Of a stretch of DNA of 15,226 bases, positions 7,656 through 15,226 are shown piece by piece. The first letter of the stretch is position 1. The number at the start of each line of letters is the position of its first letter. Under the pieces are notes generated by a model, which saw nothing but the letters and a program-made list of their open reading frames with translations, had not been told where the DNA came from and did no database searches. The DNA is taken from assembly GCA_963745235.1 (NCBI GenBank), contig CAVUXE010000013.1, positions 1 through 15,226 on the forward strand, read 5' to 3'. A program made the position numbers and the translations under genes. This DNA comes from an uncultured Spirochaetota bacterium. Its GTDB lineage: Bacteria; Spirochaetota; Spirochaetia; SZUA-6; Fen-1364.

Positions 7656-9497
7656 TCAGGCTCCGAGGTAGCTCTGCACCACGGCGGGATGACGGAGCAC
7701 GGCCAGCGCGCTACCCTCCGCCACCTGGGCCCCGCGGTCGAGGGCAATCACCCGGTCGGACACTTTCCTCACGAGCGACATGTCGTGATCAATGAGGAGG
7801 AGGGTTACCCCGAGATCCCGGATGCGCAGCAGCAGCTCCCCCAGATCATCCGTTTCCTTCGCGTTCATGCCGGCGGCCGGCTCGTCGAGCAGGATCAGCG
7901 CGGGCCCCAGCGCGAGGCACCGCGCGATCTCGCAGCGGCGCTGGTCCCCGTAGGCCAGCTCGGTGGGGTTCGCCCCCGCGGCCGGCAACAGTCCAAGCAC
8001 GCCGAGAATATCCGTGGCCTCTTGGCGGCTGGACCGTTCCTGCCGGCGCTGGGAGGGGGTGCCGAACGCGGCGGACAGCATCCGCGCGCGGAAGCCGATG
8101 TGGGCCCCCTGCATCACGTTCTCAAGCACGTTCAGCGTGGAGAGAAGCCGGGGGGTCTGGAACGTGCGTGCGAGGCCCAGCCTTGCCCGCGCCTCTGCCG
8201 GGAAGCGTGAAATGGACCGTCCCCGGAACTCGATCGCCCCCTGCTGGGGGCGGATGAAACCGGAAATGGCGTTGAGGAGCGTGGTCTTGCCGGCCCCATT
8301 GGGACCAATGACTGAAACAATCTCGGAGTCCTCCACAGAAAGCGATACCCGGTCCAGGGCCTGCACGCCGCCGAAGCGCATGCTGAGGTCCCTCACGCGC
8401 AGGAGCGGGCCTCCGCGCCCGGCTTCCCGCGCCTGGCCATCGGCGATTTCCCGCGCGGAGCTGCCGGCGATGCTTCCCCTGAGCCTGTCCAGCGCTTCCG
8501 ATGCCGGCCGCGGCCGGGCTTCCGCTCCTCGAAGCCGCGAGTGGAACGACGCCGGCCAGATCCCCTTGGGCCGGAGCACGATCACGGCCAGCAGCGCAAG
8601 ACTGAACACGACGCTGCTGTAGGTTTGCGCTACCCCCTGGAGGCTCTCGGAGATCAGCACGAAGAGGAAGCCTCCCACGATGGCGCCCGGCACGCTGCCC
8701 ATCCCGCCGATGATGACGGACGCCAGGACATAGAAGGACTGCGAGAACTGGAAGGAGGTGGGCGAGACGATGGTCTGCTTGGCCACGAAAATCACCCCGA
8801 TGATGCCCGCCCACACGGCGCCCCCCATGTAGGCCAGCAGCTTGTAGCGCACGACCTCGACCCCGTTTGCCTTCGCGGCCAGCTCGTCCTGGCGAATGGC
8901 CAGCCATGCCCGGCCGACGTGGGAAGCTCGAAGCCGCGAGACAACGATCACTGCCGCGACCAGGACCGCAAGCAGGAACCAGTAGAAGTGGCCCGGCTCG
9001 TTGAGAACCAGGCCGAACAGGCGGGGCGCGGGCATGTCGTACAGGCCGTTGGGCCCGCCGGTGACTGCGTTGAGGTTGTTCGCCGTGAGGAAGATGATCT
9101 CGCCGAACCCGAGCGTCATGATGGCGAGATAGTCGCTCTTCAGCCTCAACGTCGGAATTCCGATCACGACGCTGCAGATCACCACAAGGAGCGCTGAAAC
9201 GGGCAAGGCGACCCACATGCTCAGCCCGAACCGGGAGCCGAGGATGCCGAAGGTGTATCCGCCGATCGCGAAGAAAGCGATGTAGCCGAGGTCCAGCAGG
9301 CCAGAGAATCCCACCACGAGGTTGAGGCCAATGGTGAGCACCGCCCAGATGATCATGTCATCAGCGATGTCCATCAGGTAGCCGTTTCGCAGGACCAGGG
9401 GAAGCAGCAGCGCGACCACCAAGGCTGCTCCGCCGTACCACAGGGGGTTCCGGGCGAACCGCGTTGCTGAGAATCGTTGGACCAACCGCGGGCGCAT
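7656..9497 (-). CDS. Fused LivM-type permease and LivG-type ATPase
   Basis: N-half: GLNLVVGFSGLLDLG, LRLKSDYLAIMTLGFGEI, GRAWLAIRQDE, IIGGMGS, RPKG. C-half: GPNGAGKT, ARTFQ, LAYGDQR, LLDEPAAG, IDHDM. One continuous frame with an Ala/Arg-rich linker. Confidence 0.92.
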   Translation of the reverse strand: MRPRLVQRFSATRFARNPLWYGGAALVVALLLPLVLRNGYLMDIADDMIIWAVLTIGLNLVVGFSGLLDLGYIAFFAIGGYTFGILGSRFGLSMWVALPVSALLVVICSVVIGIPTLRLKSDYLAIMTLGFGEIIFLTANNLNAVTGGPNGLYDMPAPRLFGLVLNEPGHFYWFLLAVLVAAVIVVSRLRASHVGRAWLAIRQDELAAKANGVEVVRYKLLAYMGGAVWAGIIGVIFVAKQTIVSPTSFQFSQSFYVLASVIIGGMGSVPGAIVGGFLFVLISESLQGVAQTYSSVVFSLALLAVIVLRPKGIWPASFHSRLRGAEARPRPASEALDRLRGSIAGSSAREIADGQAREAGRGGPLLRVRDLSMRFGGVQALDRVSLSVEDSEIVSVIGPNGAGKTTLLNAISGFIRPQQGAIEFRGRSISRFPAEARARLGLARTFQTPRLLSTLNVLENVMQGAHIGFRARMLSAAFGTPSQRRQERSSRQEATDILGVLGLLPAAGANPTELAYGDQRRCEIARCLALGPALILLDEPAAGMNAKETDDLGELLLRIRDLGVTLLLIDHDMSLVRKVSDRVIALDRGAQVAEGSALAVLRHPAVVQSYLGA

Positions 9498-9500
9498 GGC

Positions 9501-10394
9501 TCAGGCCCGCTCCGAGACCCGGGTGCGAAGGATTCCCGTCGGACGGAATGCAAGCACCAGGATCAGCACGGCAAAGGCCACCACGGCGGTCCACTGGCTG
9601 GGAAGAAGATAGGTGGACATTGCCTCCAGGATGCCCAGCGTGAAGCCGCCAATCACGGCGCCCCAGAGGCTGCCCATCCCCCCGAGCACCGCCGCGGTGA
9701 AGCCCTTCAGCCCGACGATCTCTCCCATGGTGAAGCTGGCCACTCCATACGTGGTGCTCACCAGCACGCCCGAGACGCCGGCGAGCGCGGCGGCAATCCC
9801 GAAGACGACAAAGACCGTGGCCTGGACGTTGACCCCGAGCACAATGGCGCTGTCGGTGTTGCTTGCAACCGCGCGGATGGCGCGTCCGAACCTTGTCAGC
9901 CGGATGAACTGGTAGAGAACCATGGTCAGGACCACGCCCCCGACCAGCATCACTGCCTGGAGGGAGCTGAAATGGCTGCCGAGAAACTCGTGGATGTTGT
10001 TGTCCACGGGAGCGGTGACCACCATGGGCAGGGGGCTCACGATCACCTCGATGAGCGCTTCGATCAGGATGAGAACGGCAAGGGAAGAGACGAGCATCGA
10101 GATCGTGGGAGCCCGACGAATGGGCCACCACGCCACCGCTGCCACGCCAACCCCCACGATCCCCGTCAGGAGGCCGCAGATGAGGATGGAGAGGCAAAGT
10201 GCCAGCCAGCCGTTCCCGGGAAACCAGGAGGCCAGCAGCGGCGTGGCAGCGAGGGCGAAGTACGCGCCGAGGGTGTAGAGGCTCACCTGGGCGAAGTTGA
10301 TCAATCGAATCAGGCCGTAGACCAGCGAAAAGCCAAGGGCCAGCAGAACATATGACGCACCGACGACAATCCCGTTGATGAGCTCCTGCACCAT
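9501..10394 (-). CDS. livH: HAAT-type ABC transporter permease
   Basis: QELINGIVVG..YVLLALGFSLVYG..INFAQ, TRFGRAIRAVA, KGFTAAVLGGMGS, FRPTG. Confidence 0.93.
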   Translation of the reverse strand: MVQELINGIVVGASYVLLALGFSLVYGLIRLINFAQVSLYTLGAYFALAATPLLASWFPGNGWLALCLSILICGLLTGIVGVGVAAVAWWPIRRAPTISMLVSSLAVLILIEALIEVIVSPLPMVVTAPVDNNIHEFLGSHFSSLQAVMLVGGVVLTMVLYQFIRLTRFGRAIRAVASNTDSAIVLGVNVQATVFVVFGIAAALAGVSGVLVSTTYGVASFTMGEIVGLKGFTAAVLGGMGSLWGAVIGGFTLGILEAMSTYLLPSQWTAVVAFAVLILVLAFRPTGILRTRVSERA

Positions 10395-10412
10395 GGACGT
10401 CTGCTCCTGTCG

Positions 10413-10447
10413 AAAAAGGGACCCGGCAGGGAGTTGCTCCCTCCCGG
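10413..10447 (-). terminator. Intercistronic stem-loop after the substrate-binding gene (partial terminator or mRNA stabiliser)
   Basis: CCGGCAGGGAG-TTG-CTCCCTCCCGG (10423-10447, 10 of 11 paired), followed on the minus strand by a T5 run 5 nt later. Confidence 0.5.
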
Positions 10448-10479
10448 CTGCTGCCTCGGGGATGGGCCCCCGGGATTTG

Positions 10480-11643
10480 CTAGAGGACTTCCTTGAGCTC
10501 CTGGAGAGTCTTATACGTCATTGAGGGGGTCACCTCCTCCACCGTGTAGTCCACCTGGGCCCGGTCCCCGTCGGGAAGGAACGAGACGTCTCCGGTGGCG
10601 CCCTGGAACTTCACGTCGTGCATGACCTTGATGAGGTCCGCCGGCTTGATGGAGTTTGCGAGCTGGGCCGCGTAGCTGACGGCGATGACCGCGTCGAAGG
10701 CGTTGGCGTCGATCCCGTCCACCTTGATCTGGTACTTGCTCGACAGCGTGTCGGAGAGATACTTCTGCAGCGGCGTGTTGGTTTGAGACGAGGCCGGGTT
10801 GTTCGTCATGTAGGTCCCGATGGCCGCCTTGCCCGCAATGCCGAGGTACTTGTCCCCGTACACGGCGCTGTCCGTGAAGTAGAGGGACTTGATCCCCATC
10901 TGCCGCGCCTGCTTCACCAGCAGGCCGGCCGGCTGGTAGAAGCCCGAGAACTCGAGAAGGTCCGGCTTCAACGACGCGACCTTGGAAAGGATGGCCGAAT
11001 AGTCATTGGCCGTCGGATCCACGCCCTCGTAGTCGAGCACCGTGGCTCCCTCTTTCTTTACCTCGTCCACGAAGGCCTGGGCAAAAGCCTCACCGAAGGC
11101 TTCCTGGTCGTCCAGGGCCACCACGGTCTTTGCGTGCAGTTTCTGCACTGCGAACTGTCCCTGGATCACTCCTTCCAGCGCGTCGTCTCCCGTGAGTCGG
11201 ATGAAGTTGGTGAGGTGAAGGGAGGCAAGCTTGGGCGTGCTGGGATTGTCTCCAAACAAGGGGATGTTCGCCTGCTGCAGGATGCGGATAGCCGGTACCG
11301 TCACGTCACTGTTGAAGAACCCGACCACGGCGTTGACGTGCTTGCTGACGAACTGCTGCGCTCCGGCCACTCCGGTTGCGGGGTCTGCCTTTGTGTCCCA
11401 CCAGATGACTTTGATCTGGCGGCCGAGGATTCCGCCGTGGGCGTTGATGTAGTCCACCGCGAGCTGTTCGGAATCCTGGGAAGCCACCCCATATGTGGCG
11501 TTGCTCCCCGTGAGGGGAAGGCCGATTCCAAGAACGAAGTCCTTGCTCGAGCCGCCCGAGCATCCAGCGAGTGTCACCGCGGCCAGCACGGTTACGCACG
11601 CCATAAGGGCTGAAAGACCGAAACCACGTCTTTGATTCTTCAC
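10480..11643 (-). CDS. HAAT-type ABC substrate-binding lipoprotein (LivK/LivJ-like)
   Basis: Signal peptide with lipobox LAG-C; PLTG..A..G, INAHGGILGR, DTKADP, VVGFFNS, FQGATGDVSF. GTG start with SD AGGAGG. Ligand not determinable from sequence. Confidence 0.9.
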   Translation of the reverse strand: MKNQRRGFGLSALMACVTVLAAVTLAGCSGGSSKDFVLGIGLPLTGSNATYGVASQDSEQLAVDYINAHGGILGRQIKVIWWDTKADPATGVAGAQQFVSKHVNAVVGFFNSDVTVPAIRILQQANIPLFGDNPSTPKLASLHLTNFIRLTGDDALEGVIQGQFAVQKLHAKTVVALDDQEAFGEAFAQAFVDEVKKEGATVLDYEGVDPTANDYSAILSKVASLKPDLLEFSGFYQPAGLLVKQARQMGIKSLYFTDSAVYGDKYLGIAGKAAIGTYMTNNPASSQTNTPLQKYLSDTLSSKYQIKVDGIDANAFDAVIAVSYAAQLANSIKPADLIKVMHDVKFQGATGDVSFLPDGDRAQVDYTVEEVTPSMTYKTLQELKEVL

Positions 11644-11704
11644 TGTTACCTCCTGAGTAACTCACTCACGTATGGCTGAGCCCGGCGCTCCGGCCTACTG
11701 ATCA

Positions 11705-11734
11705 AAGTTACATGCGTGGCCGGACGGTGGTCAA
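11705..11734 (-). promoter_or_regulatory. Possible sigma70 promoter for the ABC operon
   Basis: Minus strand TTGACC (11734-11729)-N18-TAACTT (11710-11705). Confidence 0.35.
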
Positions 11735-11817
11735 ACATCTTCGCTGGTCGTGTTGACCTCCCGGGAGGAGTGAGTGACCTTTATAGCCGTGGCCAACTTT
11801 GCGAAGAGGAGAAGAAC

Positions 11818-12753
11818 ATGACCAAGACCGAACGCGTGGATCGGAGCCTTGCGGGCCGCGAGGTGGATCGCCCGCCCGTCTCGTTCTGGTACCACTTCGG
11901 CGTCCAGCACGCCCCGGGGCAGCGGATCGCCGAGGTGTCCCTGGAGTTCTTCCGCTACTACGACCTGGACTGGCTCAAGCTCATGAACGACTACTTCTAC
12001 CCCATGCCGGCGGGGACCATGGAGATCTCCTCCGCCCGAGACCTGAATCGAGTGACACGGTTCGACCCGCGAGATACGGCGTGGGCGGAACAGCTCAAGG
12101 CGGTCTCCATCGTGGTCCAGCAGCTGCAAGCGGCGGCCTACGTCATCGACACGGTTTTCGAACCGTGGCAGGTGCTGCTCCGAAACCTCGTCGGCGAGCA
12201 TCTGGAGGCGATGGTGGAGCAGGCGCCGCAGGCGGTGCTCGACGCGCTGGATGTCATCACGGACAACGTGATCGCCTATTGCCGCGAGTCCCTTCGGTTG
12301 GGCAGCCGCGGGATCTTCCTCTCGACGTTCGGGAGCGCGAAGCAGGTGCCCCGTGAACGCTACGAAAAGTTTGCCAAGCCATTTGTGAAACGGATATTCG
12401 AAGCGATCAAGGACGCCGGCCCCATGAACACGGCGCATGTCCACGACATCGGCATCTACGTGGATGATGCTCTGGACTTCCCCGTGCCCATCCTGTCGTA
12501 CGAGGACCGCCACCCGTCCAACCCGGGAATACCGCAGATGCGGGAAAGATTCGCCGGAACAATCATGGGCGGTTTGGACAAGGACCGGGTCACACGCATA
12601 ACGCCGGCCGAGGCCATCAGAAATGCCCAGGAGGGGATGCGGCTGGGCGGCCGGACCCGGCTCCTGCTCGCGCCCGGCTGCAGCTTTCCGACCTGGCTCG
12701 ACCCCGTGACCGCCCGGGCGCTGGTCGAGGCCGTGAAGCAGGCCGCGGCATAG
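11818..12753 (+). CDS. URO-D/methyltransferase (MetE-like TIM barrel) superfamily protein, function unknown, 311 aa
   Basis: MTKTERV...GREVDRPPVSFW, GIF, YEKFAKPF, HVH, IMGGLD, LLAPGCS. Lacks the HemE RQAGRY and NLGHG motifs. Start moved to ATG 11818 (SD GAGGAG). Confidence 0.8.
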   Translation: MTKTERVDRSLAGREVDRPPVSFWYHFGVQHAPGQRIAEVSLEFFRYYDLDWLKLMNDYFYPMPAGTMEISSARDLNRVTRFDPRDTAWAEQLKAVSIVVQQLQAAAYVIDTVFEPWQVLLRNLVGEHLEAMVEQAPQAVLDALDVITDNVIAYCRESLRLGSRGIFLSTFGSAKQVPRERYEKFAKPFVKRIFEAIKDAGPMNTAHVHDIGIYVDDALDFPVPILSYEDRHPSNPGIPQMRERFAGTIMGGLDKDRVTRITPAEAIRNAQEGMRLGGRTRLLLAPGCSFPTWLDPVTARALVEAVKQAAA

Positions 12754-12762
12754 GCGCGCGCG

Positions 12763-14247
12763 GTGTCAATCCTGGTTATCGATTGCGGCACCTCTTCCTG
12801 CCGCGTTGTGGAGTACTCAGTCATCGACCGCCGCCGCATCCGCGAGTGGCGGGCGGCGGTGGCTCCGTCGGTGTTCATTGACGGCGAAGTCGAAGTGGAG
12901 TCCATCTGGCAAATGGCCGCGCGCCTCATCCGGGAAGCTTCGCAGGAGTCTCCCGGAAGGATCGACGCCGTGGGGGCCGCCTCATTCCTGGCCTACGTTT
13001 TCCTGGACCGTGACCAGCAAGTGATTGCCCCCGCCACGACGTGGATGGATCATCGCGCGGGCAATGAGGCCAGCATCCTTCTGAACCGGCTGACCCCCGG
13101 GCTGTGCCATCGCGCCTGCGGCAGGATTCCCACTTCGGAGCTGCTGCTGCCCAAGTTGATGCGGTTGGGACGGCGCAACCCAGGGCTCCTCGCGCGGGTG
13201 CGGCGGGTCGTCGGCCTGAAGGACGAAATGGTCCGCCGCCTGGGCGGGACGGTGGGCACGGATTACGCCCATGCAGACTATTCCCTGGGATGGGAAACCG
13301 GCTGCGCGGCACCCTTCGCGGAGGCCTGGGAGGCCGCCGGGGTGTCCCGTTCACTATTGCCGGAGCCCGAGCCGGCCTCGGCTCGCGCGGGAACCGTTTC
13401 GGCCGAGGCCGCGGAATTGACGGGGCTGCGCGCCGGCACCCCGATTGCTCGTGGAACCACGGATGGCACTTCGGCCATGTACGGCGGCGGTGTATTCGAC
13501 CCTGCGTTCGGGGTGCTCGTCTCGGGCACGACCGACGTGCTCATGTGCCATGTACCAGACGGCGCTCCGGTTGAAGGCCTCAGCCTGACCGTCAACACCG
13601 CCATGGCGGGAGACGGAACGCTCACGGGCGGGGCCATGGGCTTGTCTGGCGGAGCCTTGGCCTGGATTTCGCAGCTCACGGGCCGCCCCGTGGATGAGCT
13701 CGAATCGATGGCCGCCGCCGTGGCGGCCGGGAGCGAAGGCCTGCGGATGATCCCAAGTCTGACCGGCGAGCGGGCGCCGTTCTGGCAGGAGGAAGTGAAG
13801 GGAGCGTTGCTCAACCTGGACCTGAACCACACTCCAGGTCACCTCGCCAGGGCTTGCATGGAGGGCGCCGCCGCGAGAGCTCGCTTGCTCATGGACGAAA
13901 TGAAGGCAAGCGGTCTTCCCCTCTCAGCGGTGACTGTCGGAGGCGGGTCATCCGGATCTCTCCTTTGGAACAGAATCCGCGCTGACGCTCTTCAGGTGCC
14001 TCTCCATCCCGCCCGGGACAAGGAGATGACCGCGAGGGGGATCGCCCTGTTCTGCGCGCTCATGCTGGAAGGCTCGGCAGGCAGGTCGGAATCCCTTACG
14101 GCGCTCACACGCGACTGGGTACACCGAGACGCTCCCGTCACTCCGGACCCCAGTTTCGCCGGGCTCTACCAGGATATGGCTGAAGAGTACCGGATGTACG
14201 TGAAGAATCGTCTGAAACCGCGGCGCCCCCGCGGAGGAGAACCGTGA
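12763..14247 (+). CDS. FGGY-family carbohydrate kinase (xylulokinase-like, substrate unknown)
   Basis: IDCGTSS, TWMDHRA, KDEMVRRL, GTTDG, SGT, PSLTGERAPFW, ARACMEG, GGGS..W.RIRAD. GTG start 9 nt after the upstream stop. Confidence 0.88.
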   Translation: MSILVIDCGTSSCRVVEYSVIDRRRIREWRAAVAPSVFIDGEVEVESIWQMAARLIREASQESPGRIDAVGAASFLAYVFLDRDQQVIAPATTWMDHRAGNEASILLNRLTPGLCHRACGRIPTSELLLPKLMRLGRRNPGLLARVRRVVGLKDEMVRRLGGTVGTDYAHADYSLGWETGCAAPFAEAWEAAGVSRSLLPEPEPASARAGTVSAEAAELTGLRAGTPIARGTTDGTSAMYGGGVFDPAFGVLVSGTTDVLMCHVPDGAPVEGLSLTVNTAMAGDGTLTGGAMGLSGGALAWISQLTGRPVDELESMAAAVAAGSEGLRMIPSLTGERAPFWQEEVKGALLNLDLNHTPGHLARACMEGAAARARLLMDEMKASGLPLSAVTVGGGSSGSLLWNRIRADALQVPLHPARDKEMTARGIALFCALMLEGSAGRSESLTALTRDWVHRDAPVTPDPSFAGLYQDMAEEYRMYVKNRLKPRRPRGGEP

Positions 14248-14762
14248 ACATCTATTTTTCCGGGATGATCGGGTCGGGAAAGACCACTCTCGGGCGCCTG
14301 CTGGCGCATCGCCTCGACAGGCCCTTTTTCGACCTCGACGAGGAGATGGACCGGCGTCTGGGCCATTCGTTTCACATGCTCGTAAAGGAGAAAGGGTGGC
14401 TCGCCTTCCGGGAGCTCGAGTACTCCATCTGCAAGGACCTGGCACAGCGCAGGGACTCTGTGATCTGCCTTGGTGGAGGGACGGTCCGCTACGAGTGGAA
14501 CCGGGACCTGCTGCGGGGAACCGGCCGGGTGATCCTGCTTGAGGTCTCCGAGGCGGAGCTCGTGCGCCGTGTCCAGGCTGCTGACCGCCCTCGCGTGAAC
14601 CCGGGAACCACGCTGGAAGAGGACGTCCACCTGATGTGGTCACGGGAACGGTCGAAGTACTACGAAGCCGCCGACGCGGTCTACCGCGCCGAGGGAAAGT
14701 TGATCGAGGAGGAGGTGGAAGATCTCCTGCGGCTGTGCGCATTCGAACACCCGCAGCGCTGA
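14244..14762 (+). CDS. Shikimate kinase-family protein
   Basis: Walker A GMIGSGKT, DLD, GWLAFRELE, GGG, lid RP and C-terminal R..YY..AD. GTGA overlap with the FGGY kinase stop; SD GGAGGAG. Confidence 0.85.
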   Translation: MNIYFSGMIGSGKTTLGRLLAHRLDRPFFDLDEEMDRRLGHSFHMLVKEKGWLAFRELEYSICKDLAQRRDSVICLGGGTVRYEWNRDLLRGTGRVILLEVSEAELVRRVQAADRPRVNPGTTLEEDVHLMWSRERSKYYEAADAVYRAEGKLIEEEVEDLLRLCAFEHPQR

Positions 14763-14802
14763 CTCGGCTGCCCGACCCGCCGAACCCTCACCGCCCCCTG
14801 GA

Positions 14803-14831
14803 TTGCAGTCTCGATCCGACTCAGGTACAAT
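14803..14831 (+). promoter_or_regulatory. Sigma70-type promoter of the Fur-family gene
   Basis: TTGCAG (14803-14808)-N17-TACAAT (14826-14831). Confidence 0.65.
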
Positions 14832-14842
14832 TGCGGGGTCCA

Positions 14843-15226
14843 ATGGCAGAGAATCGCAAGAAATCTGACAAGCGTCCGCCCTACAGGCGAAGCAAGCAGC
14901 GCGAAAGAATTCTTGCTCTCCTGCGATCAACGGACACCCATCCCACCGCAAACTGGCTGTTCGGAAGGCTGAAGAAGGAGTTCCCCAACCTCAGTATAGG
15001 AACCATCTACAGAAACATTGGAATTCTCGTCCACCAGGGCCTGATCGGTAGAATTGCCTTCGGCAGCACCTTCGACCGCCTTGACGCGAATGTCACCGAA
15101 CACTACCATTTCATCTGCGAAAGGTGCGATGCAATCATCGATCTGAAGCTCCCTGTCCAGCGCGGCCTCGACAAGCAGGTTCCGACCTCCGAGGGTTTCC
15201 AGGTACACAGGCACGCAGTCGACGTA
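14843..15226 (+). CDS. Fur-family metalloregulator, PerR-like, truncated at the window end; not in the ORF track
   Basis: Manual translation: MAENRKKSDKRPPYRRSKQRERILALLRSTDTHPTANWLFGRLKKEFPNLSIGTIYRNIGILVHQGLIGRIAFGSTFDRLDANVTEHYHFICERCDAIIDLKLP... It has HPTA, TIYRN, HxH, CxxC, and Asp after CxxC as in PerR. Confidence 0.9.
   Translation, partial: MAENRKKSDKRPPYRRSKQRERILALLRSTDTHPTANWLFGRLKKEFPNLSIGTIYRNIGILVHQGLIGRIAFGSTFDRLDANVTEHYHFICERCDAIIDLKLPVQRGLDKQVPTSEGFQVHRHAVDV

Noticed and set aside
11716-11817. N-terminal extension of the URO-D-like protein
   Set aside because: The family-typical start MTK.ERV with SD GAGGAG is at 11818; the extension covers the likely promoter region.
417-14742. 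Many long antisense or alternative-frame ORFs (e.g. 417-1538, 5115-6341, 8122-9216, 10618-11613, 13948-14742)
   Set aside because: Shadow ORFs expected in high-GC DNA; they overlap well-supported genes and lack domain motifs.
14927-15214. 95-aa minus-strand ORF at the right edge
   Set aside because: It is antisense to the clear Fur/PerR-family frame starting at 14843.
1-15226. Mobile element, CRISPR array, tRNA/rRNA or defence system
   Set aside because: No transposase/integrase motifs, regularly spaced repeats or structural-RNA signatures were seen by eye; a covariance-model search was not run.

Overview
GC-rich bacterial window with two convergent modules and two edge genes that the ORF track misses. 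(1) 1-6869 is a nitrosative-stress cluster. The minus strand carries ygbA, then an Rrf2 regulator translationally coupled to a quinol-dependent NO reductase (qNOR), then a truncated secreted protein. The plus strand carries a Crp/Fnr (HcpR/Dnr-like) regulator, a perfect TTGAT-N4-ATCAA box, an Fe-S ferredoxin-like gene and hybrid cluster protein (hcp). (2) 6930-14762 is a Liv-type ABC importer (with a permease-ATPase fusion) divergent from a three-gene operon: a URO-D/MetE-fold enzyme lacking HemE motifs, an FGGY sugar kinase and a shikimate-kinase-like protein. This operon is the best candidate for an uncharacterised uptake/catabolic pathway. A truncated PerR-like Fur-family gene starts at 14843. 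No rRNA, tRNA, CRISPR array or transposase was seen. All calls are from motif recognition by eye; no database search was run.
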